The translations under genes were made by a program, and so were the position numbers. A stretch of DNA of 64,000 bases from Epithemia pelagica (taxonomy: Eukaryota; Protista; Bacillariophyta), in contig OX337229.1 in NCBI GenBank assembly GCA_946965045.2, positions 372,001 to 436,000 on the forward strand, given 5' to 3'. Positions 37,598 through 50,339 of the stretch are shown in pieces (the first letter of the stretch is position 1; every line of letters begins with the position of its first letter). The notes under the pieces are model-generated. The model saw only the letters and a list, made by a program, of their open reading frames with translations, made no database searches and had not been told where the DNA came from.

Positions 37598-39807
37598 ATG
37601 AATACGGAAGAAGAGGAGCAATTGTCTGAAACGAAGGCTGAAGTGCTGGGGCCGGCAGGGACACCGGCGCCGAAACCAGTGAGTTTGAATTTGTGATTGT
37701 CTAGAGTATTTGTATTCGATTTTGAGATTCTACCTATTGTAGGTCTCTTTGCCTATTGCATCAATTATCTGGGCTACTGGCTGGTATTGAGCTACCAGAC
37801 TGCTGCAGGAACAGCCATCAATTGCGCATGACAGCATAAAGCAATGAGTGAACAAATTAAATCCCTCACAACATCTTTTTTAATGTACCACGCCGCTTGA
37901 CGGAAAACACTGATTCCACCGATCGAACATTGCAGCCTTCCAGAAAGAGACGGAAAGAGGATGACATGTCAGATATCGATGAAAAGCGGATGCGAAAAGC
38001 ATATGAAATACGTATGTTCAGAGGCCTTGCTTCCTTGATGGATGCACAACCAGGGGACTTTCGTTTGGTCTCGAAGAGTAATTTTAGCTACACCGCGGAC
38101 AGCAACGTCAAAATCAATTGACACATTCGACCTATCGATTCCTGATGTTCTGAAATTAGAGAAGGAAAATTTTGATGATTATTGGGAATTCTCGTCGGCT
38201 CTTATCAACCATTTCTGGGATTTCCGCAAAGGCTTTCCAATGAGAACGCGCATACCTTACCTAGGTGGCATCCGCAACATCACCTCGCTGGCTGTTGTTG
38301 ACGCCATTGAAATACTTGCAATGGAAAGGGTTTTCGAAAGAGAGGAGCTTGTAATAAATTTTGAACGGACCCTTTTTGGATGCCACCCTGACATCATGAT
38401 AGTCCGTGGTCGGGACAACGTCGGGTTGATTGCTATCGAGGTCAAACAACCGACAAAGAAAGAGTTGAGAAGTTATACGAGTGTCGTAGGGCATGCATTT
38501 GATCATGCTATGGCAATGAAAGCTTTTAACGTCGCAACCGATGGATGGTGTTGGTGACGTCCTTTGAGGAGTCTTTTCTCGGCTCTCTCAAGGCGGAAGA
38601 TTTGACTCGATCCGTCAAGAACGGCGACGCGGCAATGAAACTTGAGCATGGTTCAGGTTTTACCGAAAACGACGTAGGAAATGACAAAAAGATTTCATTT
38701 GGGGCGGAGACTGTGACTGTGACTTCAGCATCCACGCTGATGTCACAATCACAGTCTCCGCCCCAAACGAAATCTCCTTCGATTTCTTACACAGTCAAAA
38801 AAGATTCTGACTCTCCAACCTTGGTCGATGATTCAGGCTCTGATGGTCAGACTCTCTCACCTACCAAGCCAAAAGGCCAGGGGGGCGATCAATGGGGAAG
38901 TTTCACGAAGAACGCATCTGGGCGAGTACTCTACGTTTCCGAAAAGGATTACAAGGCTCACGAGCTGGTGAAGCTTGTCTACACTGCTCTAAAAATTTCA
39001 AAGGAAGCCTACAGAGCCTTCCAGAAGCAGACCTGTAATCTCCATGATGGTGTCAGTTACTTGTTTTCGAGAGCACTTCAAGTTTGTAACAACACGGATC
39101 GGTGGGAGTGGGGTAAACTGGAGGCGACAATCGGCAAGTCTATCGAAGAGCAAGGAAGAAAGTCGAATCCACGTTCTATTGCAGACGGGACCACCAGAAC
39201 ATCTCATAAAGGGACCTTTTATATAGTTGGAAACCTCGGTCAGGGTAACAGTTCCAATGTTTTCCAGGCACTTGATGACTCGGGAAATCTCGTTGCGATG
39301 AAAGTCTTTGTGAACGATGAATTGGAAAAGGAAGCAGAAAAGTCATGTACGCAAGAGAAGGACAATATGTTGAAGTGCTACGAATTTTTGAAAGGAAAAG
39401 TTGACGTCGTCAAGATGTGCAGTCTCTATGCAGTGGTCATGCCGATTTTCGTACCTATTCCGAAAAATGATCGTGAAAAGAGATTGAATGAAGTTGAAGC
39501 CGGTATTAAAAACATGAGGGAGAAAGCTGGCAAAAAATACCAGCAATGTGATGTTCGTTGGCGCCATGTGGGAACGTTCCAAGAACACGTAGTTTTGTTT
39601 GATCTCGCCGACTTGGTCGAGTACGATGATGTAACGTCAGACGATGAAACAAACGAAGTAGATAACAACGAAGAGAAGGAGGGGGATCCTGTTCTGAAAG
39701 CGTATATGGAAATTTTCAAGCAACGCTGTGGAAACGACGACAGCTGTCCCACACAAACCAACGCGGTATCATTTTTTGGCGACGTCGTTCAGAAGAATGC
39801 CGAGTAA
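37598..39807 (+). CDS. PD-(D/E)XK nuclease-like + protein-kinase-like gene, frameshifted (pseudogene or assembly error)
   Basis: HPDIMIV…IAIEVKQP (PD…ExK), then LGQGNSSNVF, VAMKVF, DVRWRHVG, VLFDLAD. Frameshifts at about 38112 and 38543; probable intron from 37679. Confidence 0.6.
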
Positions 39808-40762
39808 AACTTCATGCACCCGATACTCTTTACTCAATACACTCATTGCATACAATGCCGTTTCTTGTCGTTGTTGGGGGTGTGGGCGGTGGTGGTCATC
39901 ATTGCCAACGACATACATGAGCAAGGTGGGGCTTTTTTTAACTTGGAACTCGACGAAAAAAGAACAAAAGAGAAGATATGTCCCAAAATTCAAGGACGTA
40001 TGATTCGTTTGTGGTTTGTGGATCTACACTGTTGCCATTTCTTGTCCATTTTATGATGATTAAGAAAATTGACATGTATAAAGGTAGCTATTGGCTTGCG
40101 TCGGCAGCACTACACCATAGAAAAATAAGAAGGTTGGACGGACGTCTTAAAAGGTTTGCTCCTTCACCAAAGCTTGAATCGCTTAGACCCTGGACTTTCC
40201 ACAACGGTATGAACGCATCGTTCTGTTTTAGTCAATTCAACTTGCGTAGGCGGCTGTCTTCTGTAACCCGTCCTCCTGATCCTAAACCTGATATCTACGT
40301 AAAAGTCCATGGTCTCTAACGGTAAAGTGCTCTGTCGGTAATCAAATGAGTTAAATCAGCAACGGTTTTGACTACCCTTCTTTCAACCTCATCCAAATCG
40401 AAAGTCCTTTGAGAAGCCAATTGGAATTTGGAGGCCTATGATCAGCTACCAACACTAGCCGTACGCCGCAGCCATCGTCTGTCCGTCGTGCTAGCCTCTC
40501 AAAGCTCAAAGAATTTCCAATTCCCATCTTCGGATATCCTTCGTCCTTCGTGATTCCTGAAAACTGACGTCAGTCACGAGCTCTCCGCGTCTCCGGATGG
40601 AATTTCACCAACGCGGACAAACCAAAGAGACTGTGAAGACGGGAGACCGGTGGTGGCGTGTGTCAGACTCCTGCCATAACCTGATAGTGCCACAAGCCGC
40701 CATCAAATCACCAACCGACACACACCGTTCCTTCCCGAAAAGCTATCTACCTACATCGTATT

Positions 40763-41510
40763 ATGAAATTCATTGCCGTTCTCGCCACATTCCTTGCCGT
40801 AGCACACGCCTTTACCGTGACGACGCCCAGCAACAAGTTCTCGGCGTTGAAGGCGGCCGAATACGAACTCAAGGATGGAGAAGGAAAAATCAACGTCATG
40901 GTACGTACGACGCATTCTTCCCACCAAAGTTCCACGAGAAGCGCATTGGTCCATGGGCAAGAAGAGATTCATTTTCAGATCTTTGTGAGAAACTCGGGGT
41001 AAAGGCCACGCCCGTATTATGGAGCTTAATACTTGTGTATTGATACTATAAATGAGGTGTCTAACACAATATGTCTTGTGTTCTTTCGGTATGGATTCCT
41101 TGTTCGGTCTTGATTCTTCCATGACCAATCTCCGATCCATCTTTTGTGTTGTGCTTTATGGACGCTGCTGTTCTATCTCTATTAGATTGACTTGGAATCG
41201 GAAAAGGTTGCCACCATGGATGAAATTGCCAAGGGAAAGAAGGTCTATTGCCGATGCTGGTTGAGTGGAACATTTCCCATGTGTGATGGTACTCATGCGG
41301 TACGACAACTTATTTTAGACTAGCATGTACGTTGTGACGAAACTTCCGTGATGGATGGATTCACTAACTCACTCTGTTCCATTCTTGCGTTTCTTGATAT
41401 TCTCTTGTTGCATTGTCGTGTTGAATATTGTTCTGGGGACATAGAAACACAATGCCGCCACGGGAGACAATGTTGGTCCCTTGATTGTGAGTGTTGCCAA
41501 GGAAGAGTAA
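40763..41510 (+). CDS. CDGSH iron-sulfur (NEET) protein with bipartite plastid presequence, 3 exons (40763-40900, 41186-41299, 41445-41510)
   Basis: Spliced product of 105 aa: [19 protein letters not shown]… then [33 protein letters not shown] (CDGSH motif). Confidence 0.9.
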
Positions 41511-42110
41511 ACTGTCGAACCAAACGTGGCACTTTTATCATTCGTACATACACAACCATCTATATATGGAATGGACAAGACTCGGGTCCGAACGAGGGAA
41601 CTGGATTTGGAGCGGCTGTAGGGTAGAACTGGATACGCCACTGTCGCCATATCGCATGACTAACTTGCAGTTACACGAACCACCATCTGTGATATCCAAC
41701 CAATCGTTATATTTACCCTTGACAAGCTTTGCGAGCTGGTGAGTGTTCTTTATATTGTGTAATGCCTATACGTCGAGAGAGCGACAAGGTCGTACTACAG
41801 GGAACCGCCTTTTACGGGAGGGCATGCACGAGATTGCGAGCTCCTGCTGAGGTTAGTTTGGTAGTTAGAGCATGGCGTATTGCTTGGGTCCTTACAAACT
41901 CATGAATCGGTGGAATTGGAAATGAATCTCTAGACAGGCAAAACAAAAAATGGGATCTACGCTTTGGCTACCTGTCCGATCTCTAAATGCGTTCATAAAG
42001 CGACTACACATTGATCGGTCGCATTTGACTGAAAACCCGGATTCGGAGCAACCAAATCGTGCGCTTTTTTCTGTGCTGTTTCTGTTCCAAGTTCCAAACA
42101 TCAAACCACC

Positions 42111-42872
42111 ATGAACTTGGCCGCTCCCGCACCGCAAGTCGAAAAGGCTGAAGCAGAACCTGCTCCTCGCGAGAGTACAACGTTGGGGACAATTGCAAGT
42201 GCTGGGGCTGTCGAACCGGCTGTGGCAGCGGCAGCACCGAGAGTCGATGCTGCCAAACCGATTCAAGATCCTCGACAGCATGCCCCTCCCAGTGTCCTTC
42301 ATGCCACCACCTTGTCCATGCAACAAGCACAGCAAGCCTTGACGGTGGAGGCCCTTCGAGCCAATCATACCAATGGAAGATTGGATTTTGAAGGCTTTGC
42401 CGCCGTGATTCAAGGACCTCCCCTCAAGAATATTGCACGACGGTGTTTGCCGTGTATCTTTGACGAACGCGATTTTGTAGCCTACGGAGAAGTCAAGTAC
42501 TTTGTCGCCGTCTCGGGACAATCGTGCTTTGTATATGGTGAAGAAACCAGTCCCAAACCCTACTTTGCCATTGACTTGACGCGTTATATGGCCATTCAAG
42601 AGGATCGAAACCATCCAGATCCAGAGTCCTTTACGATTTCGCCAGAGCCAGATACGAATAAACCACGGCCAGCCATGATTACAATTCTCTTAAAGTCGAA
42701 ATTGGACCGCTCTCAAGCCTATCAATTCACCTTTGATACCGAACATGACCGATCACTGGCAAAACGCTTTCTCGATGCAGTTCAACAGGCGGAAAGCAAA
42801 GAGGCGATTGTTGCTGTAGAGGGTGTGATTGTAGAAGAAGAACCATACCGAAAAAGACATGGAAAAGCTTGA
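42111..42872 (+). CDS. Hypothetical protein, possible PH-like C-terminal domain
   Basis: 253-aa ORF; Ala/Pro-rich N-terminus, then a beta-rich region (VKYFVAVSGQSCFVYGEE…YFAIDL…YQFTF). Confidence 0.6.
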   Translation: MNLAAPAPQVEKAEAEPAPRESTTLGTIASAGAVEPAVAAAAPRVDAAKPIQDPRQHAPPSVLHATTLSMQQAQQALTVEALRANHTNGRLDFEGFAAVIQGPPLKNIARRCLPCIFDERDFVAYGEVKYFVAVSGQSCFVYGEETSPKPYFAIDLTRYMAIQEDRNHPDPESFTISPEPDTNKPRPAMITILLKSKLDRSQAYQFTFDTEHDRSLAKRFLDAVQQAESKEAIVAVEGVIVEEEPYRKRHGKA

Positions 42873-43227
42873 ATTTGGTAGTATGTTTCTCTTCTCTTAA
42901 TCCTCTTTGTACTTGATGCCACTCACTTCCTGACACGAAATAGCTGTAAACAAGCATGTCAACAGTTTTGGACAAGCAATTGAAACGCATGATACACTTG
43001 AATGTAGTGATAGCTTTTCTCTTCAACATGTATATATACATCCATTACTACAAGAATTACATAAACAATCTTCTGTTCTTATAGCACGTTGATGAAACAA
43101 CGGAAACTTCTTCATGACATGTTTCAGCTAATCCACCGAATGGGCAACGAGAGAAAAACACTCAAGACAAGACAAGCAATGCTGCCCTCTCAAGAGTTCC
43201 CACCTTTGGTTATGATCTAACAGCTGC

Positions 43228-44764
43228 CTACTTGGCCGCTTGTCGAATATATTGTACATTGGCATCCAATCCCCAAAGCATGGTAATCATGCAATAATGA
43301 AAGATGCGTTGCATGAGACTCGGATCATAGTCGCGACCAGTAATCACGTACACGAGGGCAAAAAAGTATACGGCAAACCATCCCAGTAAATTGGCAATGA
43401 CGGCCGCAAGGACAGATCGACCAGAAAGTAAATGGATGCCACCACTTCCATAGGGCCTGTGTCCAGGGAATGTGTTTTTGAGTTCTGAAATCGAGTTTCG
43501 AGTTTCGAGGTTGAGCCAATAGGTTATGGTCCCCTTGAAAACTCGAAAACACAACCTCGAATCCCCCAAATCTTGGCAATCCCCCAACGACCTTGCCAAG
43601 ATTCTGTTTCGAGTTTCGAGCTTTGCAAAGAGCCCCACGCGCTCCTACAAAACCCACCTTTCAGCCGCCGGGCTCTCTGTCTCTCATTTCGATCTCTCCG
43701 ACAACAACAACGAGGCAATCTCTCTTGTCCGTTATAGACAATAGTAGCACAATGATTGATGTGATATAAGTAGGAGCTTCTCTAGAAAATAAGCAAGTAT
43801 TATTAACCTGTCGCTGCCATGGAAGTAATGGTCACAACCACTGTCAATGGTCAAAAGCTAATAGTTCTCATCTCTCCATAGATGACATGGTTACGGAACA
43901 AAGCCCGCATCCTGCTCCATGGACGGGCTCTACAAATATTCTACCTTCTCCCGTTATGCAATGTGATATTAGGAATTAGGAGTACTCAAGCGACATTTGT
44001 TTGTCGTCATTGTCAATTGCCGTTGTGCTCGTTCATGCGCCGGTAGGGGGGAAGCATGGGAGTGCACGAGTATTGAAAAATAAAACTCGAACTCGAAACT
44101 CGAAAATACAGTTTTTACCTGGACACGTACATCCAGATCGTTGTTTCAAGGTAGGGACAGAGCCCCACCTCAAAACTCGAAACTCGATTTCAGACCTCGA
44201 AAACACATTCCCTGGATACAGACGGCTTCTCCCAAACCAAAAGTTCGATCCGCCCAAAAGATTTGATTGCCTTGAGGATCATTGCCAATCATGAGTGTTG
44301 TGGGGGTCATGGTGCACATGACCAGACATCCTGATATCAACAAGTAGGCAATATTACCCAAGGCGATATATTCAAAGACTTCTCCCAAATCCCAACCATA
44401 CCCATATCGAAGGCAATTGCCACTGTAACCAATCATCATGGTCACGTAGAATCCATAATTTCCCACTACCTCCAAGGCGCGATTGGGGAACCAACGATGC
44501 GCCATGCCTCCAAACAAGTGGGCAATAAAGGTGCCTCCATAAACACTTTTGACTCTCCCCTCCATGGTCGTCCGTGTCGTAAAAGTACAGGCCCGAAATG
44601 AAAAACAAGGCACCGGCAAGACTTGCGGCAAAATCCGTCGCCCAGCCACCTTCCGAAAAATCTACACCTTCGGGTAATTGATCGTCAATCGCGGTGTCTT
44701 CGAGATCGCGGGGACACGGACTCTTGGAGCCAAACATGGTTTGTAGAAAGTATCGATCCGCCAT
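43228..44764 (-). pseudogene. Multi-pass membrane protein gene, frameshifted and split by a TIR insertion
   Basis: 5' part MADRYFLQ…WATDFAASLAGALF / IAHLFGGMAHRWFP…YGWDLG (44224-44764); 3' part AAVIANLLGWFAVYFF…RIFHYCMITMLW (43228-43456); at least one frameshift near 44580. Confidence 0.65.
43457..44223. mobile_element. Non-autonomous TIR element (about 767 bp)
   Basis: 54-bp inverted repeats at 43457-43510 and 44168-44221 (4 mismatches), subterminal AAACTCG repeats, flanking direct repeat GGC at 43454-43456 and 44224-44226. Confidence 0.85.
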
Positions 44765-44908
44765 GATAGGATAGGTGCTGGTTGCTGCTGCTGGGTACGA
44801 ACGATACGAAACCTGTGGATACCTCTTGTGTGTGTTTGTCCAATGACCACAACAAATGAATTTTGAAAAGAAGTGGAGCAATCCGGCCACTTGGCGACCG
44901 ACTTCAAC

Positions 44909-46310
44909 GCGAGGGGAGTGAAATGACAGACTTTCATGACAGACTTTCATGACAGACTTTCGGATAAACTTTCAACTTTAGAGGGAAGTAAAAAACTAAG
45001 ATGAATTGCCCCTCATCCCTCACATGTACCGACCGATCAATGAGATGCTCAATCTCAAGATATGCAAACTATCCTCACACACACCATGGCGAGGAGGCTC
45101 TAACACAACAGCAATCAACCCGCCTCCTCTACTTGTATGAACATGACTAATTGAGTGAGAGCATGTACTAGTTAGCTTTGTACATACTTGTATGTGTCAT
45201 ACTCGTAGGCAATCGTTTCGTCCATCCATCCTCGTTCACCATCCTGTCTTTTGCCTGCATCGATCCATTTGTCTTTGTCTTTGTTTATTGTTGTTTCACC
45301 ATCCAGTAAGAGTGTCAAGATTCGATAAGGTGCTCTCGTTTACGGCGTCCACTCCTTCTTCCACTCGAACTGTGTTATCGGAAGCAGCCGAATGGTGCTG
45401 TTGCCGTGCCGTCGTCGCCGATTGTTTTGCCGTTCGGCAGAAACGAGGAGTTGATTGTTGAGTATGTCGCTGTCGTTGTTGTAGCCGCATGTTGTTGTTG
45501 TCGCTGTCGTTGTTGTAGCCGCATGTTGTTGTTGTCGCTGTCATTGTCGACGCTTGTTGTCTTGTCGCATGTCGTTGCTGCAGTCGCCGCATGTCGTTGT
45601 TGCTTCTTGTTGTCATTGAAGGGCACAGTCTCGTGCACTGGGTTCGGTGACAGCGAGTAGTTGATTGTTGCGTGCGGGTTGTTTTTGTTGTTGTTGCCGA
45701 ATGTTGTCATTGTTCGTTGTTCGTTGGCAGCGAGTAGTTGGTAGGTGATTGTTTTCTGCTTCCTTGGCGTGGTTGGTTCCATCATTGTTGGGTCCAAACG
45801 AGCAGTCTGATTACGGGAACTCAAGACACTAAAAGGCAATATTCTCTCTATCATGTGTAGATATGATGTTGGTTGGGAACATTTTTTTATTGTAAATAGA
45901 AGATACTACAAAAATAAAAAGTTTTCCCGAATGTCTGTCAAAAAGCTACCTGAAACTCCGAATGTCTGTCAAAAAGCTACCTGAAACTCCGAATGTCTGT
46001 CAAACAACTACAATACCCCGAAAGTCTGTCATTTCACTTTTTCAGGCCTGAATAGCGAAATGACAGACATTCGGGTAAACATTCGTTTTTAGAGTTAGGG
46101 TTAAACGGGGTATCCTCGTCATGAATTTTAAGTGGCACTGACGAGACAAGAAGGGCTATAGTAAAATGCCATTTTATTTATATGAAGAGTGCATGTGGAA
46201 GAGCAACAGTGACATGGAGTGCAGCCGGATAGTCTGTCCGTATAACAGTCAACATTTTGAAAGTTTATCCGAAAGTCTGTCATGAAAGTCTGTCATTTCG
46301 CTATTCCCGC
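44909..46310. mobile_element. Compound fold-back element: two adjacent TIR units of one family
   Basis: Unit A: agtgaaatgacagactttc at 44917-44935 and its reverse complement at 46020-46038. Unit B: gaatagcgaaatgacagac at 46050-46068 and its reverse complement at 46288-46306. Joined at palindrome tcaggcctga (46042-46051). 13-bp tandem repeats at about 44923-44960 and 31-bp repeats at about 45927-46020. No TSD seen. Confidence 0.75.
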
Positions 46311-47547
46311 AAAGATATTATATTCAACGGAGCGAACAATCATCTATACAGCGGTCATGCAAAGCTCTTCGGTTTGTATGTTGCATGGTTTAAGGCTCTG
46401 GAATGTGAGAGGTGGTGACCAAGAGATGATTCATCGAAAGGATATATAAGGTTGAGAAACGACGACAAAAAGCAAGAGACGAGAGCGCAAGAATACATTT
46501 CTACTATGTGAAGAAGAAATGGGTTGGTAATGGCCTCGTGACGTGCAAGAGAGGTGCCGAACAACATCATGAGGAGTCGGAAGGAAAGAGAACGAGCTCG
46601 TTCCCCAAGGCTCAAGGGAACGCGACAAGCTTCTGCAGCTTCAGAGCAGGGACATCTAAACACAATTGGGCACGTTTGCATTCAGGCGATAACTCACCAT
46701 CATGAATATGTCGACGCTCATATCCTTGTCCCAAAGGCGACTGGTAGTCGGTGGCCATGGCCATTGCGGCCTGTTGTGTGCGTCAATGTCGGTCGGTCGG
46801 TCTGAGGTACGGACTCCTCATACTACAACAACCGCAGAAGAGAACAGTTCAAGATCAAATCTTAAAAGAATCATATATTCGTGCTTGTTTGGATCAACAC
46901 TCCAGCATAATCATGGCTCAATGGATTTGTCACTCACTTCTAAGACTTTGTCGACGAAGTGGTTAGGAGTGGTTCTTCTGGATGTCCCTCCCACTGTCTG
47001 CCTTCTGATTATGCATGAGGGTGAAAGAGGACTTGGATACAGGGGGAAAGATTATACAAATCCTTTGGTCTTGATACGAGGAGAACAACACTGACCTTGA
47101 GATCCAATAGCACTACATGGCAGGCGTTTTCCTTCGCATGAAACCATGAATCTACCAGAGTGCGCGCTAGGGGAAAACACGGACGATCGAGACCAACTAC
47201 GACTACTACAGACAGCTGCAGACGTTGTAAAGTCATCCAAACGCAGATCTTATGTCAAGGATGGTGCCATTTCGCGTTATTGCCGGAATCCTACAATCTG
47301 TCGCCGGTCGAATTTGCACAGGAATCCAACAAGTGTTTTTTTAGCAATAACATCCGTTCTCTTGTAGAGGTCCTTGAACGGCGTGCCACGTTGTCATCAT
47401 CATAGTTCGTAGCTGATAGCTGCATCTGATAGTCGCAATGGAAAGCATACAATTTCTTCTGAACACATAAACCGATGAATACTGGTTGAAGTGGGGTGTT
47501 GGCACAATGAAACAGTCTTGAGTATACATACATGCAGATGTCGTTCT

Positions 47548-48432
47548 TCACAACCAAAAATCGTCACTCTCGATTTCCAACAAGGATAACTCCGATAAAT
47601 CATCCATATCCATGAACCATTGACTTCTAGATTCTCCGAGAACTTCCCCCAATTGCTCGAACGAAAAGATAGATGGTCCATTGCTCACGTGAAACTCGTT
47701 TACGGCAGCTACGGGCTTTTCAGATGCGATGGGTCTTGTTTTCTTTGAGGATTTGGACTTGGTCGGTTTTTTCTGCCTTTCTGCTTGCACTTGCTTCTTC
47801 TTGGGACTCAACTTGGACGAATTTGCCGATGGCGTAGATTTAGAAGCCTCTTTTTTCAGGGTACCACGCCTATGCCTCAATGCCTGAAGAGATCGGGAGG
47901 CAATGGAGTTCGTACATGCCGCCAAAAAGTCAGGATCCATGTTTCCTACGCAAGATCGAGTTCCAAGAAAAGGAAAACGGGTTGCCTTACCTGAGACACC
48001 TTTATCCGGGCTTCTGCATCAGAAACTTCGTACAGCTCACCTGTAGGCACATCTAGGGCAAGAAATCGGCCGCCGTTGTCTTTTACAAGTGATAATATCT
48101 CCACTGTCACGAAGATTTTATCTGACGAAAAGAGGTAGCACGACAACAGAGTTCGCCATTGAGATTGTGAGTCTTTGTGGAGCAGTCTAGGCAAGTCTTG
48201 TCTTCGGCTTGGCTCTCCAACCGAGAGCCAGCTATGCCCAAAGGAACGTAGAATTTGTTGGCCCACAAACGAACTACCTACCTTTGTTCGACTTGGCTGC
48301 CACATATGCAGGAACATAGGCCAGAATCATGTTAGCAAAAGCAATATTCCCCTTCCATTTGATGGAGCCCCGTCCTCTCCCTAGGAGAACATCTACTGGC
48401 TTCGGCGTTATCGGTCCTGTCGACTTCATCAT
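47548..48432 (-). CDS. DUF6824-type protein, 3 exons (48282-48432, 47991-48121, 47548-47883)
   Basis: DVLLGRGRG…KGNIAF…Y…K…IL…GGRFL…EVSDAEARIKVSQ|ALR. Two GT-AG introns restore the frame (618 nt). Confidence 0.75.
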
Positions 48433-48561
48433 CTTGTATTTTGGAACAACAGCAACAGCAGCAACAACAACAACAGGCTTTTTTTATTCGTGTTTGGAGT
48501 TTTTTTTCTACCAATGTGTGAGTGTTGGTTGTAGCTCGGTAAGCCAGGGGCAAGGGGCAAC

Positions 48562-48639
48562 ACCTTGCCAACCAATCAAAGGCGCGCAAAAGAAAAAAGA
48601 ACCTTGCCAATCAATCAAAGGCGCGCAAAAGAAAAAAGA
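48562..48639. repeat. 39-bp tandem duplication
   Basis: accttgccaa(c/t)caatcaaaggcgcgcaaaagaaaaaaga occurs twice. Confidence 0.9.
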
Positions 48640-48988
48640 AGACGATGTCATGGGCCGTTCAAGTGTCTTGTGCGTAGTCTTACCAGTACCACCTAGCACC
48701 CCCCCAGGCAGTTGTTGTGAAGCTTTAAATAGATGTCCGAGGGCTTGACTGAATGGGTTCTCCCAGGCGGGGATAGCTGAAAAGAGTACATATTGACATA
48801 GATATGTCAGGCGGCCCCTAAACATCTCCAAAGGCACGACAGATGGGTTGTGAGATTGAGCTCGGATAGCACTGGTAGCTTTGTTGGGTTGACTTCTTCC
48901 GCCAACACATGGGAGTAGGAGTAATACGTTTCAGAGATTCAACCTGACGGACACAAGTGCCCAAGCCCAAGAAAGTACATTTCTCTTA

Positions 48989-50339
48989 GGCTGTTCCTCG
49001 AGCACGACAAAACCAATCTGAAAACGTGACACGTCATCAATTTACATCATCTTGACGTCATATTTCACCTCACAGTTTCCGACAAATCCTGAAATAGCAT
49101 TAGGGATTGTCTTATCATTATTCTAGTGTACATATGGTATACAGAAACTTCCAGCGCGCGTTCTGGACTTCAGCGGCGCGCGTTCGACTCCAACGGTCCC
49201 CCAATCCCTAATGAAGTAGCCCGACTTGCGAATAGTATTGGTATTCAATTCCACGGAGTACTTGTGGGGAGTGTTGGGACGTGCAACCAGTGACCGACTC
49301 CAAGAATGCCTCTCGTCGCGCGCGTCGTAACGTCACCGGACCTAGGTGCGTCCGTGACAAGGATATCCAATAACTAAAACAATTACACTTATGCATGGCA
49401 ATGGCATGCGTGGTCCTTGTCACGGTTTTCCTTATATATTCTTATACTCCGTGAGGTACTTTCCCCCAAGCTCCCCAAGAGAACGCCTGCCATGTAAAAC
49501 AATTCCCTCCAAAAATCCGCCCCGTTGATAATCCCTTCTTGGCATCCATCAACGTAGCCAAGAGGTACTACTCCTATTCAATATTCAAACCTAGGTCAAG
49601 TTGTGAGTGCATGTAAAGAAACAATTTAATTTAACGAAACGCAGCTGAGAATAAAAGCTGCAAATGCACGGTATAGAAGACAGATCATTCAATCGTCTCC
49701 GATGACAGGTGACACCGACAGGAACAAGAGGTTCTCTTCTCTCAAATGGGTCAACTAGTCAGTGAAGCCACAGTCGGGCAAGCCGTCTAATGGTGGCCTT
49801 TCTTGCTTTTAGCCTTCTTACTGTCGTTCTTGCTCTTTGCCTTACCACTATTCTTTCCCTTGCCCTTACCACTTGGTGGACTTGGGGATGGGTGGGAGTA
49901 GTAGTCATCATGGTAGTAATAATCATCGTGATGATAGTAATCGTCGACGTAGTAGTAGTCATCATGGTCCTTCTTGGATTTTCCTTTGCCCTTACCACTT
50001 GGTGGACTTGGGGATGGGTGGGAGTAGTAGTCATCATGGTAGTAATAATCATCGTGATGATAGTAATCGTCGGGATAGTAGATGTCATCATGGTGATAGT
50101 AGTCGTCATCATAGTCCTTCTTAGATTTTCCTTTGCCCTTTCCTTTACCACTCGGTGATGGGTGTGGAATAGGAACAATGTAATCATCATAATGATAGTA
50201 ATCGTCGGGATAGTAGATGTCATGACCCAGGCGCGGGCTCTCGTTTTGGTTTTGGTTTTGCTCGAGGAAAGAAAAACGGGCGAAATTTCTCCAAGACGTC
50301 ACGTTTTCAAATTGGTTTTGTCGTGCTCGAGGAACAGCC
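48989..50339. mobile_element. Non-autonomous PIF/Harbinger-type element (1351 bp) with captured coding cargo
   Basis: 42-bp TIRs GGCTGTTCCTCGAGCACGACAAAACCAAT(C/T)TGAAAACGTGAC; TTA target-site duplication at 48986-48988 and 50340-50342. Confidence 0.9.
49787..50230 (-). CDS. Asp/Tyr/His + Lys/Gly repeat polypeptide (cell-wall/biosilica-protein-like fragment) inside the element
   Basis: Three units of DDYYHHDDYYYHDDYYSHPSPSPPSGKGKGKSKK-type repeat ending KSKKGHH*. No signal peptide; the open frame begins within the right TIR region. Confidence 0.55.
   Translation of the reverse strand: MGHDIYYPDDYYHYDDYIVPIPHPSPSGKGKGKGKSKKDYDDDYYHHDDIYYPDDYYHHDDYYYHDDYYSHPSPSPPSGKGKGKSKKDHDDYYYVDDYYHHDDYYYHDDYYSHPSPSPPSGKGKGKNSGKAKSKNDSKKAKSKKGHH

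Noticed and set aside
46090-46105. TTAGGGTT telomere-like word
   Set aside because: Single occurrence, not a tandem array.
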